Both the position numbers and the translations under genes were made by a program. The notes beneath the pieces were generated by a model. That model was not told the origin of the DNA. It did not search any database and saw nothing but the letters and a program-made list of their open reading frames with translations. From Myxococcales bacterium (GTDB lineage Bacteria > Myxococcota_A > Polyangia > Polyangiales > DASUME01), in contig JASGJH010000001.1 in NCBI GenBank assembly GCA_047601445.1, forward strand, positions 5,280,001 to 5,344,000: a stretch of DNA of 64,000 nt, given 5' to 3'. Numbering within the stretch: the stretch's first letter is position 1; each line of letters begins with the position of its first letter. This document shows positions 19,525 through 29,109 of the stretch, in pieces.

Positions 19525-20996
19525 AAGTCGGGCCGCCGCAAGAGTCCGCTCTTGCTCTTGGAGCTCCGGCGACTGCTGCGACGCGCCGCGTTCTCGGGTG
19601 GCGCCTCGGGCTCGAGCGAGACGGCATAGCGACCGTCCATGGTGGAGTCGTGCATCACGCTCCACAGGCGCATGCCCGGGGCTTCGATGGTGATCTGGTG
19701 TTGTCCCGAGGCACGCGGGAGACGCAGCGGATTGTCGCTGGTCTCGCGGCCGTCGACCCGCACCTGCGCCCCGGGCGGCATGCCGTGGAGGTCGATGAGG
19801 ACCTCGGTCGGCGCCTCGGGCTTGGCCACGACAGGCGGCTCGATCACCGGGGGCGCGGCCTCTTCCTTGGCGCGCGCGGCGGGGCTCGGCTCCCCACCCG
19901 TGGTCACGAAAGCCAGCGCGGCCAGCGCCAGCACCAGCGCTACGGCACCGAAGCCCAGCGCGATGATGCGCTTGCGCAGCGGCGTGACCAGCTGCGGGAG
20001 GGCCTGCGTGGGATGCATCGATTCCAGGGTCGGACCCGCCGGCTGCGGCCAGGAGCTCAATGCGTCACCCGGAGCCGGCGGCGGCTCGATGCTCGGAGAG
20101 GGCTTGGGCTCGACGAAGCGCCTGGGAAGCGAGAACTCCTCGAGGTCGGGTTGGTCGTCGACCAAGTCGAGCACCGCCAGGCGCATCTCCTCGGCCGACT
20201 GGAAGCGGTCGTCGGGTTGGCGCGCCATGGCCTTGCCCACCAGGGCACTCACGGCTTCGCCGAGATCCGGGCGCAGAGACACCAGCGGAATCGGTAGCGC
20301 GTTGAGCACGGCCACGATCAAGTCGGCGGCGTTATCGGCCTGGAAGGGCAGGCGCCCAGCCAACGCCTCGTACATCACGACGCCGAGGCTGTAGATGTCG
20401 CTGCGCACGTCGGCCATGCGGCCACGGGCTTGCTCCGGGGACACGTACTCGGGCGTGCCCATCACGATGCCCTCGCGCGTGATGGTGTGGCCGGCGTTGC
20501 GCTCGGTGCTGCGCGAGACCCCGAAATCCAGCAGCTTGGGGAAGACGACGTCGTTGGGCCCCCGTACCAGGAAGATGTTTTCGGGCTTCATGTCGCGGTG
20601 AACCACGCCCGCCGCGTGCACGGCGGTCAAGCCCTGTAGGGTCTGGTCCATCAAGCGCAGGAAGGTCACCACGCCGAGCGGCTCGCCCACCACCATGCGC
20701 TCCGCCAGGGGCACGCCCGCGAGGAGCTCCATCACCAAATACGGGGCACCGCCTTCGGCGCCGAAGTCGCTGATATAGACGATGTTCTGGTGGCGAATCG
20801 AGGCGGCGATCTGGGCTTCGCGCTGGAAACGCTTAACAGCGCGCTCGGCCGCCGGCCCGCGCGCATCGAGGAGCTTGATGGCCACCTGCTGCTGCAGAGC
20901 GAGATGCTCCGCACGCCAAACGGTGCCCATGCCGCCAATCCCGAGCGGATGGACGAGCCGATACTTACCACCGACTACATCACCCGCGCGTGCCAT
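19521..20996 (-). CDS. Membrane Ser/Thr protein kinase with PEGA-like extracellular domain
   Basis: GIGGMG, VAIK, HRDMKPEN, DFG, GTPEYVSPEQ; TM helix; PPGAQVRVDG. Confidence 0.93.
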   Translation of the reverse strand: MARAGDVVGGKYRLVHPLGIGGMGTVWRAEHLALQQQVAIKLLDARGPAAERAVKRFQREAQIAASIRHQNIVYISDFGAEGGAPYLVMELLAGVPLAERMVVGEPLGVVTFLRLMDQTLQGLTAVHAAGVVHRDMKPENIFLVRGPNDVVFPKLLDFGVSRSTERNAGHTITREGIVMGTPEYVSPEQARGRMADVRSDIYSLGVVMYEALAGRLPFQADNAADLIVAVLNALPIPLVSLRPDLGEAVSALVGKAMARQPDDRFQSAEEMRLAVLDLVDDQPDLEEFSLPRRFVEPKPSPSIEPPPAPGDALSSWPQPAGPTLESMHPTQALPQLVTPLRKRIIALGFGAVALVLALAALAFVTTGGEPSPAARAKEEAAPPVIEPPVVAKPEAPTEVLIDLHGMPPGAQVRVDGRETSDNPLRLPRASGQHQITIEAPGMRLWSVMHDSTMDGRYAVSLEPEAPPENAARRSSRRSSKSKSGLLRRPDF

Positions 20997-21079
20997 GCCG
21001 AAGCTCGTTGTCCACGTCTTTCCATTCTAGCGAGGGCCTAGGTTACCATGGCTCCCTCGTAGGGAGCGTCACTGAGGCA

Positions 21080-21892
21080 ATGGCACGAACGTGGGAAAGC
21101 TTGCAAAGCAGTCGACAAGTGCTGGCGTTCGCCCTCGGCCTGTGTGTGGCCCTATGGGCGCTGGCACCACAGCCCAGCGCTCACGCGCAGAGCACGCAAG
21201 AGACGGCCATGGCGCGCGCCCTCTTCGAGGAGGGCGTGAAACTGGCCGATCAGGCCAAGTGGCCCGAAGCCGTGGACCGCTTCCGGCGCGCCCAGTCCCT
21301 GAAGCCTACCCCCGCGATCGCCTTTAATTTGGCCTGCGCGCTCGCCGAGAATGGCCAGCTCGTGGAAGCCTCGGAAATGCTCGAAGCGCTGGCGCGGGAG
21401 CCCAGTGCCCCGGCGGATCTCAAGCATGAGTCCGAGGCCAAGCTCGCCGAGATCGGCCCCAAGCGCGCATACCTGACGCTCAACGTGGAGGGCGCTCCGA
21501 GCGAGGCCAAGGTGGAGGTCGATGGTCACGAGTGGCCCCGCGCGGGCTGGGGCGTGGCCTCTCCGGTCGATCCGGGCAACCATGCCGTGGTCGGCAAGAC
21601 CGGGGACGTGGAAGCCACTCGGGAGGAGTTCGCCGTGCTGGCCTCCGAGCGCAAGGAGCTCACGCTGAGCTGGCCCAGCGCCGCACCGCTCGTGGAGACG
21701 TCCGCGCCCGCTCCAGTCGTGCCGGCACCGACGAAGAGCGAGCGCAAGCCGCTATACAAGAACTGGATCCTCTGGACCTGCGTGGGCGCGGCCATCGCGG
21801 GCGGCGTGGTGGCCGGCGTCGTGGTCGGGTCCAAGGGAGACAAGACCACGGAACCGCCCGTGCAGGGCAATGCGGGGACCATCCGATGGTGA
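21080..21892 (+). CDS. Exported TPR + PEGA-like protein
   Basis: Signal peptide; ARALFEEG...AIAFNLA TPR pattern; VEVDG...PVDPG; C-terminal TM. Confidence 0.8.
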   Translation: MARTWESLQSSRQVLAFALGLCVALWALAPQPSAHAQSTQETAMARALFEEGVKLADQAKWPEAVDRFRRAQSLKPTPAIAFNLACALAENGQLVEASEMLEALAREPSAPADLKHESEAKLAEIGPKRAYLTLNVEGAPSEAKVEVDGHEWPRAGWGVASPVDPGNHAVVGKTGDVEATREEFAVLASERKELTLSWPSAAPLVETSAPAPVVPAPTKSERKPLYKNWILWTCVGAAIAGGVVAGVVVGSKGDKTTEPPVQGNAGTIRW

Positions 21893-22638
21893 GCGCGAAA
21901 CGATCTCTGCTGCACGCGGGTGCGCGCTGGTTGGCGCTCGCCCTTTCTTGCGGGGTTTGGACCGGCTGCGAGAACCAGACCGAGGCCCGCACCGAGCTGC
22001 TGCTCGTCGCCGACACCGATGTGGCGGCCCCAAACACGATTCACTTCGAGGTCTCGGGCCCCGAGGGCACGGCGAAGCGCGTCGAGACCGAAGACGGTGA
22101 GTACAAGAGCACCGACGAGCTGCCGCAGACCGTGGCCCTGGTGTACACGGAGGGCGAGCTCGGTCCGTTCACGGTGACCTCGAGCATCGTGGCCGGAAAC
22201 GTCACCATCAAGCGCACCCACATCGTCGACTTTGTGCCGGGCAAGACCCTCCTGGTGCCGCTGCATTTGGCCAGCGCCTGCACCCGCGAATGCCCCGGAC
22301 AGACCTGCGATGAGGACGGCCGCTGCGTGCCCGAGGAACTCGAAAACCTCGTGACCTACACGCGCAAGCCCGAGCGCGTGTTCTCCACCATGGACGGGGG
22401 CAGCGAGATGCCTCCGATGGACTCAGGCACCGAGCAGGACTCGGGCTCCACGCCCGTGGATGGCTCCACCCCCGTGGCCGACGCTGGAGCCGACGCAGGC
22501 TCCGACGCTGGCGTGCAGGACATCCGCATCTGCAATGGTATGGAAGTCGACGTGCTGACCAACAAAGATTTCTGCGGCAGCTGCACCAAGAAGTGCAACG
22601 GCGCTGGCAGGATATGCGTCGCCGGAATGTGTAAGTAG
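21886..22638 (+). CDS. Lipoprotein with Cys-rich segments
   Basis: WTGC lipobox, TELLLVADTD, DAG linker, C-terminal FCGSCTKKC...CVAGMC; overlaps the previous stop. Confidence 0.75.
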   Translation: MVSAKRSLLHAGARWLALALSCGVWTGCENQTEARTELLLVADTDVAAPNTIHFEVSGPEGTAKRVETEDGEYKSTDELPQTVALVYTEGELGPFTVTSSIVAGNVTIKRTHIVDFVPGKTLLVPLHLASACTRECPGQTCDEDGRCVPEELENLVTYTRKPERVFSTMDGGSEMPPMDSGTEQDSGSTPVDGSTPVADAGADAGSDAGVQDIRICNGMEVDVLTNKDFCGSCTKKCNGAGRICVAGMCK

Positions 22639-22655
22639 CGAGCGGGAGCAAGCTC

Positions 22656-23667
22656 GTGCATCTCAAACGCTTCACTTTCAATCTGTGGCTTGCGCTGTGG
22701 TTCGCCTGGAGCGGCTGCAGCGGCGCGCAAAACCGGGCTCCGCAGGCCCCCATTCCACCTCCCGTGGCCCCGGCTACCGCGCCGGCTGCCAAGGTGCGGC
22801 CCACGCCCGGGCTCTTCCTGTACGCGGTGCAGGGCCCGCACGGTGTCTCGCACTTGCTCGGCACGATGCACGTGGGCTTCGGCTTCGAAGAGGTCCTCAC
22901 GGACGAAGCACGAGCGCGCTTTCATGACGCAGAGCGCGTGATGCTCGAGGCCGACGTGAGCACGGCCGATCCCAACATGATGCGCGCGCGGGCGATGCTG
23001 CCGGACGGGCAATCCCTGCGCATGCTGCTCGGTGAGCCGAGCTGGAAGGCATTGGTGGATCGCCTGGGAGCACAGAATCCCACCGCTTTTCATGGAGCAC
23101 TTGAAGCCCTGGCTGCCGGCCGTGACCCTGGGTTTGCTCGACCTCGAGGGCGCCCTGCACGAGCTCAAGCCCGATGCCACCAACCACATGATGGATCTGG
23201 AAGTGATGGCGGTGGCACGCGCGGAGCGAAAGCAGCTGTTGTTCCTGGAGACCATCGACGAGCAGCTCGCCATGTTCGATCAGGTCCCGCTGGATGAGCA
23301 GATCGGAGAGCTGCGCCGGACCCTCTCGGAAGGCTCGAGCCTGCAGGGCAAGAGCATGCTGCGGGCGTTCGCCGACGGCGACGAAGCCGCCCTCACCGAG
23401 AGCTTGTTCGAGCCCGATCAGGTGGCTCAGGCTCCCGGTTTTTTCGATGTCGTGCTGAATCAGCGCAATGCGCGCTGGTTGCCGGTGCTCGAACGTGAGA
23501 TCGCACGCGGCCAGGCCTTCGTGGCGGTGGGCGCCGCGCACCTCCTCGGCGATCGCGGCATCCTGGCCCAACTACGCCAACGAGGGTACGTGGTCACCCG
23601 GGTCGGCCTGCCGACTCCCCGCCTGAGCTCAGAGATGACACCTGGTCCCGTTCCCAGCCCGGGATAA
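22656..23667 (+). pseudogene. TraB/GumN-family lipoprotein split by a 1-nt frameshift near 23076 (pseudogene or sequencing error)
   Basis: Frame 1 has SHLLGTMHVG; frame 2 has LKPW, LETIDEQL, RNARW, FVAVGAAHLLG. Removing one A in CAGAATC gives continuous ...DRLGAQIPPLFMEHLKPW. Confidence 0.8.
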
Positions 23668-23805
23668 TCGGATCGTTCGTTTCGTGCGTTTTTTCGACGT
23701 GAGGCTTGTTCGTCTCCAGCCACTTCGCTACGGTCGGGCCGCAACGTCGTCGGCCTCCCTCGTGGTAGGCGCAGACGCCTCACGAATCACCAAGGGAGGG
23801 ACACA

Positions 23806-24009
23806 ATGAAGAGCAAGATGCTGTTGGTGGCCGCGCTGGGACTCGGTCTGTTCGCTGGTTGCGCAAAGAAGGCCGCTGAGCCCGAGGCTTCCGCCGAGGC
23901 CGCCTCCGGTTCCGAGACCGCCGCCGCCGAGAGCACGGAGGCGCCCGTCGCCGAGGCCACCGACGCCCCCGCGGCCGAGGGCGAAGCCGTCAGCGACGCC
24001 ACGCCATGA
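23806..24009 (+). CDS. Small acidic Ala/Glu-rich lipoprotein (67 aa)
   Basis: GGGAGG RBS; lipoprotein signal MKSKMLLVAALGLGLFAGC. Confidence 0.75.
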   Translation: MKSKMLLVAALGLGLFAGCAKKAAEPEASAEAASGSETAAAESTEAPVAEATDAPAAEGEAVSDATP

Positions 24010-24113
24010 GGCGTGCGCGCGTTGGTGCATTGCTCGTGAGTTGAACTCCGAGCGAACCTCTCGGTTTGCTCGTGGGGGCACCCGCCCGCTTCGACCGCCG
24101 ACGCGCTCAGGAA

Positions 24114-24157
24114 CGAAGAAAGCCGCCTCACGACAAGCGTGGCGGCTTTCGTGTTTT
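24114..24157. terminator. Intrinsic terminator between convergent genes, probably bidirectional
   Basis: GAAAGCCGCC-13 nt-GGCGGCTTTC perfect 10-bp stem, followed by GTGTTTT and preceded by a purine run. Confidence 0.75.
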
Positions 24158-24187
24158 CGGAGTCCCGCTGCGGGCCGCCCGAGCCGT

Positions 24188-24478
24188 TCAGTCGAGGACG
24201 CCGAGCACGTCAGTCTCACGCAGGATCAGGTGCTCCTCGTCGCCGATCTTCACCTCGGTCCCGTCGTAGCGCCCGAACAGCACGCGCTGCCCGGCGCGCA
24301 GCAAGAGCTCACGCCGCGAGCCATCGCGGCGCACCGCGCCCGGTCCCACGGCTACCACCACGCCCTCGAGCGGCTTCTCCTTGGCGGTCTCGGGGATGAT
24401 GATGCCCCCCTTCGTCTTCGACTCCGAAGCCACTCGCTTCACCAGCACGCGATCATTCAACGGGCGCACCTTCGACAC
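24188..24478 (-). CDS. groES: Co-chaperonin GroES
   Basis: [12 protein letters not shown]...[25 protein letters not shown]...GTEVKI...LILRE.DVLGV; GTG start with AGGAGG RBS. Confidence 0.95.
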   Translation of the reverse strand: MSKVRPLNDRVLVKRVASESKTKGGIIIPETAKEKPLEGVVVAVGPGAVRRDGSRRELLLRAGQRVLFGRYDGTEVKIGDEEHLILRETDVLGVLD

Positions 24479-24479
24479 G

Positions 24480-24532
24480 GCAATCCTCCTGGCTCGAGAG
24501 TGCACCGTGAAACAGCCGCGCGCGCGCGTCAA
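24480..24532 (-). promoter_or_regulatory. Putative groES promoter with degenerate CIRCE-like operator
   Basis: Minus strand TTGACG-17 nt-CACGGT followed by GCACTC-N9-GAG; CIRCE consensus is TTAGCACTC-N9-GAGTGCTAA. Confidence 0.45.
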
Positions 24533-24705
24533 TAGGTGTCACAAGGGCCGCGCTGCTGCGTATTAAGGAGTACGAGGTCGCAAGCACTATCGTGAGCGAA
24601 GCAAGTCTCGCCGTGGGGTGGGCCCGGGCGCGACTGACCTCCCCGTACAACGAGATGCGGGCCGGCTTGCTCACTCTGCGCTATGGCCCAGCCCAAAGGA
24701 GTTCG

Positions 24706-26157
24706 ATGTCCGTGCAGCGTCTCAGTTCCTCGAGGGCGCGCCGCCTCCGTGTCGGATGGCAAAGCATGACCTTGGTGGTCTCGCTGACGGGCTGCGTCTC
24801 ATCTTCGATCCAAACGGACCTCTCACGTGTGCGCACATTGTCCAAGTCGGAGGCTCCCCTGCCCGCGCTGCCCACCGGCAAGGTGACGCCCGAGGTGGTC
24901 GCGGACACGGACGAGCTGCTCAAGCAGCCGCTCGACGTGGAGCGCGCCGTGCGCGTGGCCATCTTGAACAACCGGGACCTGCGCGCGCGTCTGCGCGCCC
25001 TGGGCGTGGAGCGCGGTCAGCTGATGCAGGCGGGGCTGCTCAAGAACCCCACGCTCGAGGCCGAAGTGGCCCCCGAGCGCAACTCGCGCGTCGAGGTGCG
25101 AACCGAATACGACGTGATGAGCTTCGTGTTGACCCCGCTGCGCAAGCAGGCGGCCGCACGCGAGCTGGAGGCCGCGCGCTTCGACGCGGCGGGCGACGTG
25201 GTGGAGCTCGGCTATGAAGTGCGCAGCGCGTTCTACGCATTGGCGGCCGCCGAGCAGCGCGTGCGCATGGCAAGCCTGAGCCTGGACGCGCTGGCGGCGG
25301 GTCGCGACGCCGCGCAGGCCCTGTTCGACGCAGGCAACATCAACCAGCTGGACGCCTCCACCCAGATCTCTGCCTTCGAGCGCGCCCGCGTGATCGTGGC
25401 CAAGCTCGAGCTCGAGGCGATCGAGCGGCGCGAGCACATGCAGCGCCTGCTCGGGTTGTTCGGGCGTGCGACGCAGTGGAGCCTGGCCTCCGAGCTCGCG
25501 GTGGTGCCGGAGACGCCCGAGCTGGCGGAGGATTTGGAGGCCCGCGCCATCGAGGCCAGTCTGGATCGGCGTGCACAGGAGCAACAACTCGAGGCATTGG
25601 CCAAGCGCGCTGGCATCGCGCGTACTGAGGGTTGGCTACCGCGCCTCGACGTCGATGTGCACACCTTGGTGGGAGATCCGCTCTCCAGCACCGAGAACCA
25701 GCTCCGCTGGGGCGGTGGTGTGGGACTCGACGTGCCGCTGTTCGATCGTCAGCAGGGCCTGGTGCGCGCCATCAAAGCAGAGCTCGACAGTCGGCTCGAG
25801 CAATACCAGGGGCTCGGCATCGAGCTGCGCTCCAAGGCCCGCGAAGTGAGCGCACGCGTGGTCTCGGCGCACCGCAGGGCGCGCCTGTATCAGAGCGTGA
25901 TCGTGCCCGCCCAGGCCAAGGTCATGGAGCACACGGTCTTGCAGTACAACGCCATGCAGGTAGGCGTGTTCCAGCTGCTCGAGGCGCGCCGGGGCGAGCT
26001 CGAAGTGGCGCTCGACTACACGGAGACCCTACGCGAGTACTGGACGGCGCGCGCCGAGCTCGACGCGCTGCTCGCGGGACGCGTGGTGCACGAGGAAGAC
26101 GCAGACGAAGAGATGCCGAGCTTCGAGCATGGTGCCAGCGCACGGGGAGGACACTGA
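24706..26157 (+). CDS. TolC-family outer-membrane lipoprotein of a copper-resistance operon
   Basis: LTGC lipobox, VAILNNRDL, AGLLKNP, VPLFDRQQG, YNAMQVGVFQLL; AAGGAG RBS. Confidence 0.88.
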   Translation: MSVQRLSSSRARRLRVGWQSMTLVVSLTGCVSSSIQTDLSRVRTLSKSEAPLPALPTGKVTPEVVADTDELLKQPLDVERAVRVAILNNRDLRARLRALGVERGQLMQAGLLKNPTLEAEVAPERNSRVEVRTEYDVMSFVLTPLRKQAAARELEAARFDAAGDVVELGYEVRSAFYALAAAEQRVRMASLSLDALAAGRDAAQALFDAGNINQLDASTQISAFERARVIVAKLELEAIERREHMQRLLGLFGRATQWSLASELAVVPETPELAEDLEARAIEASLDRRAQEQQLEALAKRAGIARTEGWLPRLDVDVHTLVGDPLSSTENQLRWGGGVGLDVPLFDRQQGLVRAIKAELDSRLEQYQGLGIELRSKAREVSARVVSAHRRARLYQSVIVPAQAKVMEHTVLQYNAMQVGVFQLLEARRGELEVALDYTETLREYWTARAELDALLAGRVVHEEDADEEMPSFEHGASARGGH

Positions 26158-26159
26158 AG

Positions 26160-27572
26160 ATGGATCGCCGCAAGTTCATCCGCTTCTCCTCGCTTGCCGC
26201 CAGCGCCGCCCTGCTCGCCAAGACGCGCAACGCGAACGCGCAAGATCACGCGGGCCACCAACACCACCAACACCAACAGCCCGCCACGCCCGGCGCGGCC
26301 AATCCGCACGCCGGTCACGCGCGCTCGAGCACCGCGCGTCCACCCGCGCAGGTGGCGCCCGCCACGCCCATCGACGTCGCGCGACTGCCCGAGGCAGGCA
26401 ACGTGCCGGCTGTGATCACGCCCAACGGCAGCACGCTGCCCTTTCGCATGGTGGACGGGGTCAAGGTCGCCCATTTGATCGCCGCACCCGTGCAGCACGA
26501 GTTCGCACCCGGATTGAGCGCCGAGTGCTGGGGCTACAACGGCAGTACGCCCGGGCCCACGATCGAAGCCGTCGAGGGCGACCGCCTGCGCATCCACGTC
26601 ACCAACCGCTTGCCCGAGCCCACCACCGTGCACTGGCACGGGCTCATCGTGCCCAACGGCCAGGACGGCGTGTCGGGGCTCAACCAGCGGCCGATCCAGG
26701 TGGGCGAGACCCACACCTACGAGTTCACGGTCAAGCACGCGGGCACCTTCATGTACCACTCGCACTTCGACGAGATGACGCAGATCGCGCTCGGCATGGC
26801 GGGCATGTTCGTGGTGCACCCCAAGCGACCGCGGGGCCCCAAGGTCGACCGGGACTTCGTCATGATGGCCCACGAGTGGCGCGTGGACGTGGGGGCCAAG
26901 CGACCCAACCCCAACGAGATGAGCGACTTCAACGTGCTCACCTTCAACAGCAAATCCTTTCCCGCCACCCAGCCGCTCTTGATGCGCACGGGCGAGCGCG
27001 TGCGCATTCGGCTCGGCAACTTGAGCCCCATGGAGCACCATCCGGTCCACCTGCATGGGCTCAACTTCGTGGTCACCGAGACCGACGGCGGCGCCGTGCC
27101 CAAGTCGGCCCAGTACCCGGAGACCACCGTGCTCGTCCACGTGGGTTCCACGCGCGTGATCGAGTTCGTGCCCAGCGAGCCCGGGGATTGGGCCATGCAT
27201 TGCCACATGACCCACCACACCATGACGCAGATGGGACACGACCTCCCCGTGATGCTCGGCGTGAACACGCAACAGCTCGATCAGCGCATGAGCAAGTTGG
27301 TGCCCGAATACATGAGCATGGGCACCGAAGGCATGGGCGGCATGGGCGAGATGGAGATGCCGATCCCGGAGAACAGCTTGCCCATGCGCGGCGCACCCGG
27401 GCCCTTCGGGTACATCGACATGGGCGGCATGTTCACGTTCTTGAAGGTGCGCGACAAGCTCACGCCCGAGGACCTCACGGGCTTCTATCGCTACCCCGAG
27501 GGCTCCGTGGCCACCAAAGCCGACCCGGCACGGCTCGCCGCAGACGGCATCGACGTGAACCGCAAGATCTGA
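26160..27572 (+). CDS. Tat-exported multicopper oxidase
   Basis: MDRRKF Tat motif; VHWHG, YHSH, HPVHLHG, HCHMTHH Cu ligands; His-rich N-terminus, Met-rich C-terminus. Confidence 0.92.
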   Translation: MDRRKFIRFSSLAASAALLAKTRNANAQDHAGHQHHQHQQPATPGAANPHAGHARSSTARPPAQVAPATPIDVARLPEAGNVPAVITPNGSTLPFRMVDGVKVAHLIAAPVQHEFAPGLSAECWGYNGSTPGPTIEAVEGDRLRIHVTNRLPEPTTVHWHGLIVPNGQDGVSGLNQRPIQVGETHTYEFTVKHAGTFMYHSHFDEMTQIALGMAGMFVVHPKRPRGPKVDRDFVMMAHEWRVDVGAKRPNPNEMSDFNVLTFNSKSFPATQPLLMRTGERVRIRLGNLSPMEHHPVHLHGLNFVVTETDGGAVPKSAQYPETTVLVHVGSTRVIEFVPSEPGDWAMHCHMTHHTMTQMGHDLPVMLGVNTQQLDQRMSKLVPEYMSMGTEGMGGMGEMEMPIPENSLPMRGAPGPFGYIDMGGMFTFLKVRDKLTPEDLTGFYRYPEGSVATKADPARLAADGIDVNRKI

Positions 27573-27781
27573 GCGCGACGAACGCGAAAGCGCGCCGGGG
27601 GCTCGGGCGGTTCGGGCTCGGGATCGTGGATGGGAATGGGCGCGGGCGGATCCGGATTCGGGATCGCAGGTGGACTCGGATCGGGCCGCGGTTCCGGACT
27701 TGGCTCGGGACCAGGCTCGGGCGTAGGCAGCGGAATGGGATCCGGAAACGGCCCTGGCAACGGTGTAGTCGGATCTTCCAT
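27491..27781 (-). CDS. Possible small Pro-rich protein
   Basis: MEDPTTPLPGPFPDPIPLPTPEPGPEPSPEP...; strong P-x periodicity fills an otherwise empty gap; 3' end overlaps the oxidase gene by 82 nt. Confidence 0.4.
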   Translation of the reverse strand: MEDPTTPLPGPFPDPIPLPTPEPGPEPSPEPRPDPSPPAIPNPDPPAPIPIHDPEPEPPEPPARFRVRRAQILRFTSMPSAASRAGSALVATEPSG

Positions 27782-27952
27782 GACCACCGCGTAGGTGTGC
27801 GCGAAGGTGTCCGGGGCAAGTTGCGCGTGCTTCCGAGATCACTGTGAAAATGCCGCTAGAATGGGCACGAAAGATTGGCTGCCATGCTGATCGGAGACGC
27901 GCGTGACCGCTTTTCGTAGATCCGAGCACGCAGCCTCGGCTAGGGATGGAGG

Positions 27953-29059
27953 ATGCTCGAGAAGAACCTCCTCACGCTCGGACTCGGCACGCTGCTGCTC
28001 GCAGCAGCCTGTGGGTCGGATCACGACCCAGGCGACGCGGATGCTGCAGGCGCTGCGCTCGATGGTAGCGCGCACTTGATGGATGCGATGTCGCCCACCC
28101 ACGAAGGTGGTGACGACGCAGGGTCAACTGGAGCGGAGCACGACGCGAGCAGCCGGGACGCCGCGGCCCAAGATGCCTCGCAGGAAGCTCAGGGCCCCAA
28201 GGTCGATCGCACGAATCCTGCTCTGCACGAGTTCTCGCTGGATCCCAAGGCGGTGGACCCGAGCGTGGCCGACTCCCTGTCCACGCAATACGCCCAGCTC
28301 GACACGCGCAGCGCACCGCTGGGTCTTTTGGTGGTGTTCTTGCCCGGTGCCAACAACGTGCCCCGCGATTGGCGCGACCATGGACGCCAGCTCGCCGCGT
28401 ACGGCTTCCACGTCCTCATCCCCCACTACAACAATCGCTGGTCAACCGGCGACACCTGCACAGGTGGCACGAAGACCTGCTCGGACGACACGCGTTGGGA
28501 GGCACTCACGGGCGAGGACACTTCGACGGCCATCGTGATCCCGCGAGCCGACAGCGTGGAGGGACGCGTGATCGCCATGCTCGAGCACTTGAGCACCAGC
28601 GATCCGGGCGGCGACTGGGGCTACTACCTCTCGAAGGACAAGGGCCTGCTCTACGACCGCACGATCATCGCGGGCATCTCCCACGGCGCGGCCAGCGCAG
28701 GCATGTACGCCACCAAGCGCGCCTTCGTGCGCAACGTGATGCACTCGAGCGGCGCCGCGGGCCCCTCGAGCGCTACCAAGCAAACACCCGTCTCGGCCTG
28801 GTATGGCTTCGCGCACACGGAAGATCCCGCCTACGACGCCATCGTGGGCTCGTGGGACAAGTCGGGCCTGCCCGGAACGCCCACCAGCATCGACGGCGCC
28901 TCGGCCCCCTTCGGGGGCTCCCATCGGCTGATCACGTCGGCGGACTCGACGTACCCGCATGGCTCCACGTGCGTACACAGCAGCTCGCCGAAGGATACGC
29001 AGGGTCACTATCTGTTCGACGCGGCCTGGCGCTATCTCTACGGCGTGCCCGGCAAATAG
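27953..29059 (+). CDS. Lipoprotein alpha/beta-fold hydrolase
   Basis: AAAC lipobox, LVVFLPGA, GISHG nucleophile elbow (GxSxG), C-terminal PHGST. Confidence 0.75.
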   Translation: MLEKNLLTLGLGTLLLAAACGSDHDPGDADAAGAALDGSAHLMDAMSPTHEGGDDAGSTGAEHDASSRDAAAQDASQEAQGPKVDRTNPALHEFSLDPKAVDPSVADSLSTQYAQLDTRSAPLGLLVVFLPGANNVPRDWRDHGRQLAAYGFHVLIPHYNNRWSTGDTCTGGTKTCSDDTRWEALTGEDTSTAIVIPRADSVEGRVIAMLEHLSTSDPGGDWGYYLSKDKGLLYDRTIIAGISHGAASAGMYATKRAFVRNVMHSSGAAGPSSATKQTPVSAWYGFAHTEDPAYDAIVGSWDKSGLPGTPTSIDGASAPFGGSHRLITSADSTYPHGSTCVHSSSPKDTQGHYLFDAAWRYLYGVPGK

Positions 29060-29072
29060 GTCGGGACGTACC

Positions 29073-29103
29073 TTGACTCTCCCGTTACTGGAGACTCCAG
29101 AGT
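29073..29103 (+). promoter_or_regulatory. MerR-type promoter/operator with 19-bp spacer and dyad
   Basis: TTGACT-CTCCCGTTACTGGAGACTC (19 nt)-CAGAGT; dyad TCTCC-N7-GGAGA; directly upstream of the MerR gene. Confidence 0.75.
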
Positions 29104-29109
29104 GCAGGC

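Noticed and set aside
25632..26159. N-terminal extensions on the oxidase (also ALDH 45516, GT4 11879, AraC 58333)
   Set aside because: They overlap upstream genes or leaders; downstream starts with RBS, Tat signal or stop/start coupling fit better.
27860..27882. Sigma54 promoter (GGCACG...TTGGC)
   Set aside because: GG-to-GC spacing does not fit the required 10 nt.
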